This document shows positions 1-10,153 of a DNA stretch of 64,000 nt, one piece after another (position 1 is the first letter of the stretch; every line of letters starts with the position of its first letter). The DNA is taken from assembly GCA_963676795.2 (NCBI GenBank), contig CAXXTB010000001.1, forward strand, positions 416,001 to 480,000, given 5' to 3'. Source of the stretch: Geopsychrobacteraceae bacterium (lineage in GTDB: Bacteria; Desulfobacterota; Desulfuromonadia; Desulfuromonadales; Geopsychrobacteraceae). A model generated the notes under the pieces. It saw nothing but the letters and a program-made list of their open reading frames with translations. It did no database searches and was not told where the DNA came from. The position numbers and the translations under genes are program-made.

Positions 1-1722
1 ATCGAGCGACAGCGCCGGGCATTCGAAGTTGCCGGTACATTTGCCGCAGCCGATACAGCTGTCGAGGATCTCGATCGGGATCTGCGGCTGCGACTTGCGC
101 ACACCCGGTTCCATCAGGCAGCCGTGACGCGAGATCAGTACGGCGACGCCTCCTTCGGGGTTGCGGATGTAGCTGTCGGCCTGTTTGAGCAGAGCGCTGA
201 AGCGCTTTTGATCGTAAGGGTCGCAGACTTCAAGGAATTCAACCCCGCTCGCCTTGACCAGCGGTTCGATGGCGATCGCCTTGGTCGTTTCGCCGCAGGC
301 GGTGAAACCGAGGTGCGGGACCGGTTGGCCGCCGGTCATCGCCGTGGTGGCGTTGTCGAGGATCAGCACGATGATCCGCGCTTTCTGAATCACCGCGTTG
401 ATCAGCGCCGGGATTCCGGCATGGAAGAAGGTTGAATCGCCGATGGTAACGACGACAGTCGGGAAGTCTTCCTTGTCCTGTTTGTAGGCCTGGAAGAAGC
501 CGGCCCCCTGGCTGATACAGGCGCCCATGCAGTGAACCGTGTCGGCGGCTCCGAGATTCATCCCCAGGGTGTAGCAACCGATGTCGGACGGGAAGATGCC
601 ACGCGGGAAGCACTGTTTGATGGCATAGAAGGCGGTCCGGTGTGGACAGCCCGGGCAGAGCGAAGGGCGCTGGCCGCGGCGGTTGATAGTCTCTTCTTCT
701 GGCTGGGAGAGGTCCAGAAAGTCAGCCAACGCCTGGTGGATCAGGTCCGGGGTCAGTTCCCCTTCACGCGGAATCTGGCCCTGTTGTTTGCCGAAGGCAC
801 CGGGGTGGGCGAGCTGCAGCTCAATGACCGGATAGGTTTCCTCGAGGATCATGATCCGGTCGTAGTGCTGATGGATCCGGTCGCAGAAATCGTTGCTCAG
901 AGGGTAGGGCATGATGACCTGAAACAGGTCGATCTGGCCTGTCAGGTCAAGCTCCGCAAGCAGGTCGACCAGGTTGCTGTAGGCGATTCCCGAGGCGATC
1001 AGCGCGGTGCGCGGCTGGCTGCCGTCCCCCTTTGTCATACGCGGCTGCCAGTCCGGTTCGTCGGCCAGGCGTTCCAGCTTGTTATTGAGGCCGCGGTGCA
1101 GGGCCGGCAGAAAGGCCGGGGTCGCAGCCCAGCGGGTCGGGTTCTTTTCAAATTTGGCGCTGCGCTCAAGCTGCTGCACCGGTTTCAGCGGCACATTCTG
1201 GCGTGAGTGGCAGACCCGGGTGGTCGGGCGCAGGACGAGGTTCATCTCGTACTTCTCGGAAAGTTCATACAGGGCCGGGATCAGCTCCTTGGCTTCCGCC
1301 GGACTGGCCGGGTCGAAAACCGGAACTCTGCCCTGCAGGCAGAACAGCCGGGTATCCTGCTCGTTCTGGGAGCTGTGCGGTCCCGGGTCGTCGGCGACGA
1401 TGGTCAGCATGCCGCCCTTGGTGCCGATGTAGGCAGTGCGCATGAACGGATCGGCGGCGACGTTGAGACCGACCTGCTTCATCACCGCGACGCTGCGCTT
1501 GCCGGTGTAGCTGGCGGCCAGGGCGACCTCGAAGGCGATCTTTTCATTGACCGACCATTCGATATGGAGAGGCTCTACAGCTTCGTCGCGACGGTTGATG
1601 ACCGCCTGCAGGATCTCGGTCGACGGTGTTCCCGGATAGGCGGCGGCAATCTGGCAGCCGGCTTCCAGCAGCCCGCGGCCGATCGCTTCGTTGCCCATCA
1701 GTAGTTCAATCTGTTCACTCAT
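1..1722 (-). CDS. iorA: Indolepyruvate:ferredoxin oxidoreductase alpha subunit (3' end runs off window)
   Basis: Not in ORF track (no stop in window). Manual translation from ATG at 1722: MSEQIELLMGNEAIGRGLLEAGCQIAAAYPGTPSTEIL; internal CPGCPHR and SDIGCY motifs; C-terminal ferredoxin motif CIGCGKC...ECPA at the window edge; GAGGGA SD upstream. Confidence 0.92.
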   Translation of the reverse strand, partial: MSEQIELLMGNEAIGRGLLEAGCQIAAAYPGTPSTEILQAVINRRDEAVEPLHIEWSVNEKIAFEVALAASYTGKRSVAVMKQVGLNVAADPFMRTAYIGTKGGMLTIVADDPGPHSSQNEQDTRLFCLQGRVPVFDPASPAEAKELIPALYELSEKYEMNLVLRPTTRVCHSRQNVPLKPVQQLERSAKFEKNPTRWAATPAFLPALHRGLNNKLERLADEPDWQPRMTKGDGSQPRTALIASGIAYSNLVDLLAELDLTGQIDLFQVIMPYPLSNDFCDRIHQHYDRIMILEETYPVIELQLAHPGAFGKQQGQIPREGELTPDLIHQALADFLDLSQPEEETINRRGQRPSLCPGCPHRTAFYAIKQCFPRGIFPSDIGCYTLGMNLGAADTVHCMGACISQGAGFFQAYKQDKEDFPTVVVTIGDSTFFHAGIPALINAVIQKARIIVLILDNATTAMTGGQPVPHLGFTACGETTKAIAIEPLVKASGVEFLEVCDPYDQKRFSALLKQADSYIRNPEGGVAVLISRHGCLMEPGVRKSQPQIPIEILDSCIGCGKCTGNFECPALSLD

Positions 1723-1758
1723 GTTTTCCCTCATATCACTGTGGCAGTTACTGAAGAA

Positions 1759-2634
1759 TCAGACCTTGTCGCGGTAGATCTTGCCGAACAGGCCGCTTGG
1801 CCTGATAAAGAGCACCAGAATCAGCACGGCAAAGGCGACGACATCCTTATAGGCGCTCGACCAGTAACCCGCGGATAAAGATTCGAGCAGGCCGAGAATC
1901 AAGCCACCGATGATCGCTCCCGGAAAAGAGCCGAAGCCGCCGAGGATCGCAGCGGCAAAACCTTTCAGGCCGAGCAGAACCCCGACATCGTAGTTGAGGG
2001 TCGTGATCGGTGTGACCAGAACCCCGGCCAGGCCACCGAGAGCGCCGGCGATCGCGTAACTGGTCAGCCGAATACGTCCGGCCGGTATGCCGACCACCGA
2101 GGCGGCCGTCGCGTTTGATGCAACCGCGCGCATCGACAGCCCCAGCGAGGTGCGGTAGAAGAACCAGGTCAAAACGACGATGGCGATCAGGGTCAGCAGC
2201 AGGATCCACAGGGCCTGAGGCAGCACGCTGGCACCGAGGATCTGGACCGGATGATCGGGGGTGAGCGGCGGCAGCGCCATGCGGTTCTTGCCCCAGATCA
2301 GCTTGATAAAGCCGCGCAGGATGATCGACAGGCCGATGGTCAGAAAGACCAGCACCATGTGATTGTCGGAACGGGCCGGGCGCAGACCGATCCGTTCGAC
2401 GAGCATGGCGATGATGGCGACCCCGGCGATGGCGAGCATCAGTCCGGGAACCATCGGCAGGCCCAGGGCAAACAGTGCCGAGAACATCAGCATGCCGCCC
2501 AGGGTGACAAAGTCGACCTGGATAAAGTTCAGAATCCCCATGGTGTTATTGACGACACAGAAGCCGAGGGCGATCAGGGCGTAGATCGCCCCGTTGGTCA
2601 GACCGGAAAAGAGATATTGAAGAAAATCGGCCAA
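1759..2634 (-). CDS. livH: Branched-chain amino acid ABC transporter permease (LivH family)
   Basis: GLTNGAIYALIALG, GLSMRAVA and KGFAAAILGGFGS motifs; hydrophobic 291 aa. Confidence 0.9.
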   Translation of the reverse strand: MADFLQYLFSGLTNGAIYALIALGFCVVNNTMGILNFIQVDFVTLGGMLMFSALFALGLPMVPGLMLAIAGVAIIAMLVERIGLRPARSDNHMVLVFLTIGLSIILRGFIKLIWGKNRMALPPLTPDHPVQILGASVLPQALWILLLTLIAIVVLTWFFYRTSLGLSMRAVASNATAASVVGIPAGRIRLTSYAIAGALGGLAGVLVTPITTLNYDVGVLLGLKGFAAAILGGFGSFPGAIIGGLILGLLESLSAGYWSSAYKDVVAFAVLILVLFIRPSGLFGKIYRDKV

Positions 2635-2844
2635 AATCGGCTCCGTTGCAAATGATGTTCAGGGTTACAGCGTCCACAGAGTAGGTCAGAGGCGAAACGA
2701 CGTCAAGTAGAGAAGAGAGCGCCAAGATAAGGATATTCACGGGATAATTTTCTGCCGGACGGAATAAATGGTTGAGAATTTGATTTCACTTGTGGCAGAA
2801 AGTATGCCCTAATTTACAAAAAAAACAGGCGAAAGAGGGGTAGT

Positions 2845-3819
2845 GTGCTGAAAATCGGTATCATGGCTTATGAAAACTGTCTGCAGTCCGGGATTGCCGG
2901 AATGCTTGACCTTTTTACCCTGTCGAACTGGGAACGCAGGCGTCAGAAAAGCGGGGATAAAAGCCCGTTCTGCCGTTGCGATATCATTACCCAGGATGGT
3001 GAGCCGGTCTCGAGCTTCAATCGTCAGCCGATCAAGGCGACCAGGAGTTTTGCCGACTGTGATGACCTCGATCTGCTGATTATTCCCGGCATCATGGGCA
3101 AGCCGGAACTGCTGTTCGAACAGAAACCGCTGGTCAAGTGGGTCAAGGAGCAGCATCAGCAGGGGGTTGTCGTCGCCAGTGCCTGCAGTGGCGCCTTTCT
3201 GCTGGCGGCAACCGGTGTGCTGAAAAAACGGCTTGCGACGACCCACTGGCAGCTGGCTGATCGCTTTCGTCAGCGCTTTCCCCGCGTCGAACTGAACGTT
3301 GACCGCCTGCTGATCGATGGTGAGGACTATCTCTGCGCCGGCGGCACCAGCGCTCATGTCGACCTCGCCCGTCATATCATCGAAAAATATGGCAGTCAGG
3401 CGCTGGCCCGCTCCTGTGCCCGTTTTATGCTGCTGGAAGAGGGGCAGCGCGATCAGGCGCCCTTCGTCAAATTTCAGGGCTGCCGCAGCCATGGGGACAA
3501 ACCGGTCCTGCTGGTCCAGAAATGGCTGGATCAGGCTTACCGCGAGAAGGTCACGGTCAAGGGGATGTGCGGCCTGTCCGGGCTGAATGAACGGACCTTT
3601 CTACGCCGTTTCAAGAAAGCGACAGGCGAATCCCCCCTCGATTATCTGCAGAAGATGCGCCTGGAAAAAGCCAAGCAGATGCTGACCGCTTCGGAGATCT
3701 CCCTCGATGAAATCACCAAAGCTGTCGGCTATGCCGATACCAGCTCGTTCCGCCGTCTGTTCCGCCAGGTGATTGGTATCTCACCGACCGCCTATCGCCA
3801 GCGTTTTACGGGCAAGTGA
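2845..3819 (+). CDS. GlxA-family transcriptional regulator (DJ-1/PfpI + AraC HTH)
   Basis: SACSGAFLLAATG and ATTHW in the N-domain; AraC C-terminus ERTFLRRFKK...VGYADTSSFRRLF. Confidence 0.9.
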   Translation: MLKIGIMAYENCLQSGIAGMLDLFTLSNWERRRQKSGDKSPFCRCDIITQDGEPVSSFNRQPIKATRSFADCDDLDLLIIPGIMGKPELLFEQKPLVKWVKEQHQQGVVVASACSGAFLLAATGVLKKRLATTHWQLADRFRQRFPRVELNVDRLLIDGEDYLCAGGTSAHVDLARHIIEKYGSQALARSCARFMLLEEGQRDQAPFVKFQGCRSHGDKPVLLVQKWLDQAYREKVTVKGMCGLSGLNERTFLRRFKKATGESPLDYLQKMRLEKAKQMLTASEISLDEITKAVGYADTSSFRRLFRQVIGISPTAYRQRFTGK

Positions 3820-3988
3820 GTTTTCTGCCGGAAACGGCCCTTTTCCGCCGTGGCGGCGTCAAACTATACCCCCCTGCTCGCAAGCTCGCTTCCCCCCTAT
3901 TTTATAGGGGGGATTGAGGGGGGTGCCTCTACACAAGCCCTTGATTTTCTTGCTACGACGCAAAATTGCTCGTTTCCAATCAGAAAAC
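3820..3988. repeat. Composite palindromic element: ~120-bp MITE-like repeat with a 61-bp repeat nested in its centre
   Basis: Ends GTTTTCTGCCGGAAACG (3820-3836) and CGTTTCCAATCAGAAAAC (3971-3988) are imperfect inverted repeats. Both flanks are colinear with 14828-14949; 3866-3926 matches 43617-43677 (reverse complement). Confidence 0.8.
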
Positions 3989-4028
3989 CAACGTTGTGCC
4001 TTCCGGAGTTTTCGGACAGCCATCTCGT

Positions 4029-4901
4029 CTAGCGTGTACGGTTCAATGTTCTGAACGAGGCCAGGGTGTGCAGGATCAGAGTCACCAGAATCAGGCAACC
4101 GGCAATAATTGTCAGTTGGTGAGGTACCTCCCCCAGAGCCAGCCAGACCCAGATCGGGCCGAGAATGGTTTCCAGCAGCAGGATCAAGCTGACCTCCGGC
4201 GCCTGCAGGTAACGTGGCCCCAGGGTGATCATGGCAAAGGCGAGCGGCAGGACGATTCCCCCGAGCAGAATCAACAGCCTGGCATCCGGCATGCTCACTG
4301 CCAGCGGCTGGGCCCCGATGGCCAGGGCGATCGGCGCAACGCACAGGTTACCGAGCAGGTTGGCCGGGATCATGTTGACCTCCTTGCCGTGACGGATGAT
4401 CACCAGGTTGGTGCCCCACATGGCCGTGGCACCCAGCGCCAGAAGATCCCCCAGTAACAGTCCATTCTGCAGACTCCCGGAGAAAATCAGCAGTATTCCC
4501 CCAAAACATGCGATTATCGACAGCTTTGTGTGGCGGTTGATTCTTTCCCGCAGCACCAGCCAGCTGAGCAGACTGCTGATCACCGGTGTGGCAGAGAGGA
4601 TGATCAGCACATTGGCGGCTGCGGTCTGTTTGATCGAACTGACAAACAGCAATGAGCCGATGGTGATGGTCAGGGCGGAAAAGAGCCCTGTCCGGCCAAT
4701 TGCGTAAAAAATGTGCAAGGTCCGTCTTCTGTAGCGGATCACCAGAAAAACTGTCATCATCATGGCTGTCAGCAGGCAGCGCCAGAACAGCAGGGTCCAG
4801 ATATCGCAATGAATCAGGCGGACCAGCAGCGTGTCGGGACTGAGAATCGTCACGGCAAACAGGGTCAGGAGCAGGCCTTTGGTATGATTTGGTATATTCA
4901 T
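4029..4901 (-). CDS. EamA/DMT family transporter
   Basis: About 10 TM segments; VLRERI, GDLLALGA and LLETILGPIWVWLALGEVP motifs. Confidence 0.88.
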   Translation of the reverse strand: MNIPNHTKGLLLTLFAVTILSPDTLLVRLIHCDIWTLLFWRCLLTAMMMTVFLVIRYRRRTLHIFYAIGRTGLFSALTITIGSLLFVSSIKQTAAANVLIILSATPVISSLLSWLVLRERINRHTKLSIIACFGGILLIFSGSLQNGLLLGDLLALGATAMWGTNLVIIRHGKEVNMIPANLLGNLCVAPIALAIGAQPLAVSMPDARLLILLGGIVLPLAFAMITLGPRYLQAPEVSLILLLETILGPIWVWLALGEVPHQLTIIAGCLILVTLILHTLASFRTLNRTR

Positions 4902-4971
4902 GCAGGGATAGATGTCACAGGGGCTCCTGTCAAGGCAAGAGTCTTTTTAGCAGAAGGTGAAAGGAACCTGA

Positions 4972-5241
4972 ATGGCAATCTCCGGAAATCCGAAAAAAAT
5001 GGCTCAGGACGTCGCCGGTGGCTTCCTGATGCTCTCGCCGCCCGGGTTGAAGCAGTACACCCCGGCAGATCTGAAAATCATACTCTACAATCTGCAGTTC
5101 GTTCAGCGGGAGATACGGCAGTTACAGATCCCCCGGGAAGAGGTCATGCAGATCAAGGCAAAAAACATGCAGCTGAGCCGTCTGAATCAGGCCGAGATGG
5201 TTCTGCGCAGTTACTGTAAAAAGATGCGTATCCCTATCTGA
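4972..5241 (+). CDS. Small hypothetical protein (89 aa)
   Basis: AGGA SD before ATG, typical codon usage, fills the gap between flanking genes; no recognisable motif. Confidence 0.7.
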   Translation: MAISGNPKKMAQDVAGGFLMLSPPGLKQYTPADLKIILYNLQFVQREIRQLQIPREEVMQIKAKNMQLSRLNQAEMVLRSYCKKMRIPI

Positions 5242-5248
5242 AAACCTG

Positions 5249-5623
5249 TCAGCCCTCAGCCTCATGTTGCTGGAGCCACAGGTCGAATTCCGAATCGACC
5301 AGGTCTCCGTTGCCGGTGTTCAGTTCCATCAGGCGGCGCAGATGGGCCATGGAGTCGCTGTCCGCTTCGGTAAAGACAAAGCCGTAATGGTCCCCTTCAT
5401 GATGGACAAGGCGCGCCTGAAAGCCGAGGTTTAGAGCGGAGTCCTGGAGCAGGATAAAGATCTTGGCTTCGTCACCCAATTTCAGCGGCAGTTGTTGATG
5501 ACACTGCAGCAAGGTTCCGCGCAGGGCCAGGTTGATGAGGGTGCAACTGAAATTCGCGGCGGCAAGGTGAATCTCGACTTTTGACTGAAAATCGACTCGC
5601 TGAAAATTGCGCTGATGGTCCAT
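5249..5623 (-). CDS. PilZ domain protein (c-di-GMP receptor-like)
   Basis: QRNFQRV (RxxxR) and NLALRG (D/NxSxxG-like) motifs; C-terminal HLRRLMELN. Confidence 0.85.
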   Translation of the reverse strand: MDHQRNFQRVDFQSKVEIHLAAANFSCTLINLALRGTLLQCHQQLPLKLGDEAKIFILLQDSALNLGFQARLVHHEGDHYGFVFTEADSDSMAHLRRLMELNTGNGDLVDSEFDLWLQQHEAEG

Positions 5624-5823
5624 GAGCTACCTCTTTAGAGTTTGCAAATGTCGGCATTTACGACAGAATAGGTCGGATTCACACTTGCAGTTGAGCTGCT
5701 GCAGGAGTACATTACCTTAAGAATTACTAAATTATTCAGATAATTCAACTTGAATCAGTGAATGGCTGTCTAAATATGCCGATCCACCCCTGTTTCAGGT
5801 TTAAATCAAGGGCAGTTATTTTT

Positions 5824-7917
5824 ATGTTAAATGGAAAAGTCAGAAGCGTCGGGCAAAAAGTATTCCTCATCATTCTTCTGGTTCTGGTGCCGGTCCTGGT
5901 CTGGGCCCAGGAGCCGGATTCCTTTGATAGCAACAGGGCCCGTCTGCTCGGCCATATGCTTCAGCAGCAGCTCAGTTATAAGCATTACAGTAAAAAACCG
6001 ACCGATGACAAGTTGTCTGAAGCGGCTTTCGATCTCTATCTCAAGCAGCTCGATTTCCAGAAACGCTTCCTGATCAAAGCCGATATCGACAAGCTCGAGA
6101 GCTTCCGCGATTCGATCGATGATTCGATCCGTCGCGGGCGGCTGGACCTGCCGTTGGAAGGGCGCGAGATGCTCAATCTGCGTGTTACCGAGGTCAGGAA
6201 GATGGTCGCGGAACTGATGGAGCAGAAGATCGATCCCGCCGCGGCTGAAACCCTGGAGACCGATCCGGAAAAGCTGTCGTTTGTCACTGATCAGAGCGAG
6301 CTGCGAGAGCGCTGGCGCAAAATCCTTAAACTGCAGATCCTCAGCCGCTATATCAGCCTGCGTGAGGACGAGGTCGGTGTCGATGAGGCTGGAGAACTGT
6401 TGCCGGTGAGCGATGACAAAGTGCAGGAGCTCTTTGTCCAGGCGACCGAAAAAGTCGGCAAGACCCTCAACAGCCTGTTTGACCGGATGCTTGAAGAGTC
6501 GCAGGAGGATCATTACGATCGCTACCTCAATGCTATCGCCCGAGCCTATGATCCGCATACCAGCTACCTGCCGCCGACCAGTAAGGAAGATTTTGATATC
6601 CAGATGAGTGGCTCCCTGGAAGGGATCGGCGCGACCCTGCGTGAGGATGATGGCTATATCAAGGTGGTCCGGGTTATTCCGGGCAGTGCTGCCGCCAAGC
6701 AAGGGCAGCTCGATGCTGACGATATTATTCTCAAGGTTGGCGAGGGGCTGGAAGAGCCGATCGATATTACCGATACCCGGATTCGCGACGCCGTTGCTCT
6801 GATCCGTGGCAAGAAGGGGACCGAGGTCCGGCTGACCGTCAAGAAGCCGGATGGCCGTCAACTGGTGATCCCGATCATTCGCGATGTGGTCGAGATCGAG
6901 GAGACCTTCGTCAAGGGGACGACGGTTGTCGATGAGCAAAGCGGCAAGACCTTCGGTTATGTCAAGCTGCCATCCTTCTACCGAGACTACAGCGGTAAAA
7001 CCGACCGCAACTGTACCGATGACCTGCGTGAAGAGCTCAAGCAGCTGCGCAAGGAGAATATCTCCGGGCTGATCCTCGATCTGCGCAATAACGGTGGAGG
7101 GTCGCTCTCCGATGCAGTCAGCCTGACCGGTCTGTTCATCAAAACCGGCCCGGTCGTGCAGATCCGCAGCGTCGATGGCGATATCAAGGTGTTGAGTGAT
7201 ACCGACCGTTCCGTCGAATATGACGGGCCGATGATCGTGCTGGTCAACCGTTTCAGCGCTTCGGCTTCGGAGATTCTGGCCGGTGCTCTGCAGGATTACG
7301 GCCGCGCTCTGATCGTTGGCGACGAGCACACCCATGGCAAGGGAACCGTTCAGGCGCTGCTTGACCTCGACCGTTTTGTCAACCTGCGTGGTATGGAGCA
7401 GTATATGCCTCTTGGCGCGGTCAAGGTCACGATTCAGAAGTTCTATCGGATCAGTGGCGAATCGACTCAGGAGAAGGGGGTTACCCCGGATATCGTGCTA
7501 CCGTCCCGTCTCGATGGTCTGGAGAGCGGTGAAAAATATCTTGATTACGCTCTTCCCTGGGACACCATCAGCTCGGCGAATTATTCCAGGTGGGCCGGTA
7601 TCCCCTACAACCTCAATACCCTGAAACAGGAGAGCGGGGCGCGGGTCGGACAGGAAAAGGTCTTTCAGGAGATCGTCAGTGAAACCGAAATGGCCCGTAA
7701 GCGGCGGGAAGACAGTGTTCAGTCATTGAAGCTCGCCGATCTGTTGATCGAGCGGACCCAGCTTCGGGAGATGGAGAAAAATGCCGTTGCTCATGGTGAC
7801 ATGGCGATGACAGACGACGAGGAAAAGGAGCCGGTTTCTCTCAAAGAAGAAATCAAGGATGACCCCTACGTTGAAGAAGGTATGATTCTGTTGCTCGATC
7901 TGATCGGCCAGAGTTGA
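5824..7917 (+). CDS. prc: Carboxy-terminal processing protease (S41, Prc/Tsp)
   Basis: YDPHTSY, PDZ GIGA, LDLRNNGGGSL, SASASEILAGALQDYGR and GKGTVQ motifs; signal peptide. Start uncertain (5758-5824). Confidence 0.93.
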   Translation: MLNGKVRSVGQKVFLIILLVLVPVLVWAQEPDSFDSNRARLLGHMLQQQLSYKHYSKKPTDDKLSEAAFDLYLKQLDFQKRFLIKADIDKLESFRDSIDDSIRRGRLDLPLEGREMLNLRVTEVRKMVAELMEQKIDPAAAETLETDPEKLSFVTDQSELRERWRKILKLQILSRYISLREDEVGVDEAGELLPVSDDKVQELFVQATEKVGKTLNSLFDRMLEESQEDHYDRYLNAIARAYDPHTSYLPPTSKEDFDIQMSGSLEGIGATLREDDGYIKVVRVIPGSAAAKQGQLDADDIILKVGEGLEEPIDITDTRIRDAVALIRGKKGTEVRLTVKKPDGRQLVIPIIRDVVEIEETFVKGTTVVDEQSGKTFGYVKLPSFYRDYSGKTDRNCTDDLREELKQLRKENISGLILDLRNNGGGSLSDAVSLTGLFIKTGPVVQIRSVDGDIKVLSDTDRSVEYDGPMIVLVNRFSASASEILAGALQDYGRALIVGDEHTHGKGTVQALLDLDRFVNLRGMEQYMPLGAVKVTIQKFYRISGESTQEKGVTPDIVLPSRLDGLESGEKYLDYALPWDTISSANYSRWAGIPYNLNTLKQESGARVGQEKVFQEIVSETEMARKRREDSVQSLKLADLLIERTQLREMEKNAVAHGDMAMTDDEEKEPVSLKEEIKDDPYVEEGMILLLDLIGQS

Positions 7918-7938
7918 CCACCAATCAAATCATCAAAT

Positions 7939-7967
7939 AAGGGCGCATATTTGAGCGCTCTTTTTTT
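7939..7967 (+). terminator. Probable intrinsic terminator after prc
   Basis: AAGGGCGC...GCGCTCTT stem followed by a T-run. Confidence 0.6.
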
Positions 7968-8053
7968 GTGCCCGGATACGCCGCTAAGCGAATTATCTGA
8001 AGACATATCATTGATTTTTACCGGTCAGCTCTCATAGTATGCGGAGTTGCTTT

Positions 8054-8076
8054 GAAATGTTATAGTATTTCGAAAC
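8054..8076 (+). promoter_or_regulatory. Putative Zur box upstream of zur-znuCB
   Basis: GAAATGTTATAGTATTTCGAAAC; the first 15 nt match the proteobacterial Zur consensus GAAATGTTATA-N-TATAACATTTC. Lies just downstream of TTGATT-18-TAGTAT (8011-8040). Confidence 0.65.
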
Positions 8077-8098
8077 ATGGTGTCGATAGAGGCTGGGT

Positions 8099-8593
8099 AT
8101 GAAAAAAGGCAAGCTCGAATTTATCTCCTCTGAGCACGATCATCAGCGCTGCATTGCTGAAGCACTGGCAAGAGCAGAAGAGATCTGTGCCAACCGGGGG
8201 CAACGTTTTACCGCGATCAGGCGCAAGGTCCTGGAACTGATCTGGCAGCAGCATAAACCGATTGGTGCCTATGAAGTGCTGGAACAGCTGCAGCGCCAGG
8301 GGCGGGCTGCGCCGCCGACCGTTTACCGGGCGCTTGATTTCCTTCAGGATCTTGGCCTGGTTCACCGCATTGAATCGCTCAACGCCTTTGTCGGCTGCAA
8401 CCAGCCGCACCTGCCCCATGAGGGGCAGTTTCTGATCTGTGAATCCTGTCGGATCTGCGCCGAGCTCTATTCGGATGAAATTCACAGTGTTATTGAAAAA
8501 AAGGCATTTGCTGCAGGTTTCAAAGTCAGACAGCAGAGGGTAGAAATTATGGGGTTGTGTCGTAAATGTCTTAAGGAACGTTCAAAAAAATGA
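8099..8593 (+). CDS. zur: Fur-family zinc uptake regulator
   Basis: [24 protein letters not shown] and two CxxC motifs; operonic with znuC and znuB. Confidence 0.9.
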   Translation: MKKGKLEFISSEHDHQRCIAEALARAEEICANRGQRFTAIRRKVLELIWQQHKPIGAYEVLEQLQRQGRAAPPTVYRALDFLQDLGLVHRIESLNAFVGCNQPHLPHEGQFLICESCRICAELYSDEIHSVIEKKAFAAGFKVRQQRVEIMGLCRKCLKERSKK

Positions 8594-9342
8594 CTGATTC
8601 AGAGATTTTGAGGCTTGAGAAGGTCAATCTGGTGCTGGCGAAGCGGCAACTGTTGGAGAACATCGACCTGGATGTTCATCAGGGAGAATTCATCACCCTG
8701 ATTGGCCCCAATGGCGCCGGTAAGACGACCCTGCTGCGGGTCGCTCTTGGGCTGCAGAAGCCGACCGGGGGCAAGGTTCAGCTGAAGCCGGGTCTGAAGA
8801 TCGGTTACATGCCACAGAGGCTCCATATCGATCCGACCTTTCCTTTATCAGTGAAGCGCTTTTTGAGCCTGGCTTGTTCCGGCGATGATTGCAAGGTTCA
8901 CGCGCTGCTCCAGGAGGTTGGGGCCAGTCAGGTTTTTGAATCCTCGATGCACACTCTTTCCGGTGGAGAACTGCAGCGTGTGCTGCTGGCCAGGGCTCTG
9001 GTTCGTGAACCAAACCTGCTGGTGCTCGATGAACCGGTTCAGGGCGTGGATGTCCATGGGCAGTCGGAGCTGTACAGGTTGATCTCGCGCATCCGAACCG
9101 AGCGTGGCTGTTCCGTATTGATGGTTTCTCACGATCTGCACCTGGTCATGGCCTCGACCGACCGCGTCCTCTGCATCAATCGTCATATCTGTTGTAGCGG
9201 AACCCCCGAGGCCGTGACCCGGCATCCGGCCTATGCAGAGCTGTTTGGCGATCACGCTGTGGAACAGTTGGCGATCTATGTCCACGATCAGAGCCATCAG
9301 CACGATGAGTGTGCTCACTGTCAGAAGAAGGCCCTGAAATGA
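8590..9342 (+). CDS. znuC: Zinc ABC transporter ATP-binding protein
   Basis: [41 protein letters not shown]; His-rich tail. Confidence 0.92.
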   Translation: MTDSEILRLEKVNLVLAKRQLLENIDLDVHQGEFITLIGPNGAGKTTLLRVALGLQKPTGGKVQLKPGLKIGYMPQRLHIDPTFPLSVKRFLSLACSGDDCKVHALLQEVGASQVFESSMHTLSGGELQRVLLARALVREPNLLVLDEPVQGVDVHGQSELYRLISRIRTERGCSVLMVSHDLHLVMASTDRVLCINRHICCSGTPEAVTRHPAYAELFGDHAVEQLAIYVHDQSHQHDECAHCQKKALK

Positions 9343-10124
9343 TGGATGATTTTATTTTACGAGCGGTCGTTGGTGGTCTCGGCGTGGCCTTGGTCGCCGG
9401 GCCCTTCGGTTCATTTGTGGTCTGGCGCCGACTGGCCTATTTCGGAGATACCCTGGCTCACTCGGCTTTGCTCGGGGTGGCGCTGGGGTTTCTTCTGAAC
9501 GTCAACCTGACCCTGGGGATTATCGTCATCTGCCAGTTGCTGGCGATCATGCTCTTTTTCGGCCTGCAGCAGAGGCACCTGGCCAGCGATACCCTGCTCG
9601 GGATCCTTGCCCACGGAGCGCTGTCTCTGGGACTTGTCGCCCTGGCCTTTATGGAGTCGGTGCGGGTTGACCTGATGTCTTACCTGTTCGGTGATATCCT
9701 GGCGATAGGGGTAACTGATCTGTGCTGGATATTTATCGGTGGCGGGGTGGCTTTGGTTGTTCTGATCCGGATCTGGAAACCGCTGCTGATGATCACCATT
9801 CATGAAGATCTGGCCCGGGTCGAGGGGATATCGGTTGACCGGATCAACTGGCTGTTTCTCGCTCTCATCGCCCTGATTGTCGCGATCATGATGAAGGTGG
9901 TCGGACTGCTCTTGGTGACCGCATTGCTGATCATTCCGGCTGCCACCGCCCGCCGCTTTGCAACCGGGCCGGAGAAAATGGCGATCCTCGCTGCCGTGGT
10001 CGGCTGCCTCGCTGTTTTTGGTGGGCTGTACGGTTCGTTCCAGTGGGATACACCGTCCGGACCGAGTATCGTCGTTGCCGCCTGTGTGCTGTTTATGCTC
10101 AGTATGCTGGTGCCGAGGCGCTAA
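9339..10124 (+). CDS. znuB: Zinc ABC transporter permease
   Basis: [23 protein letters not shown] and [12 protein letters not shown] motifs; ATGA overlap with the znuC stop. Confidence 0.92.
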   Translation: MMDDFILRAVVGGLGVALVAGPFGSFVVWRRLAYFGDTLAHSALLGVALGFLLNVNLTLGIIVICQLLAIMLFFGLQQRHLASDTLLGILAHGALSLGLVALAFMESVRVDLMSYLFGDILAIGVTDLCWIFIGGGVALVVLIRIWKPLLMITIHEDLARVEGISVDRINWLFLALIALIVAIMMKVVGLLLVTALLIIPAATARRFATGPEKMAILAAVVGCLAVFGGLYGSFQWDTPSGPSIVVAACVLFMLSMLVPRR

Positions 10125-10153
10125 GAAACAGGACCACGGGGGCACGGATAAAA

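Noticed and set aside
124..1704. Several plus-strand ORFs (124-435, 532-1206, 1207-1704 etc.)
   Set aside because: Antisense shadows of iorA, which the ORF track missed because its stop codon lies outside the window.
2793..2807. TGGCAG-N5-ATGC sigma54-like motif upstream of the GlxA regulator (a similar TGGCAC-N5-AAGC lies near 18230)
   Set aside because: GG-N10-GC spacing is correct but the -12 element is degenerate and there is no supporting enhancer-binding protein; chance occurrence is likely.
5827..7335. Long antisense ORFs (also 9958-11208, 24718-25872, 27831-28826, 37958-38950, 46970-47941, 51797-52816)
   Set aside because: Opposite-strand shadows of well-supported genes caused by GC-biased codon usage; no motifs.
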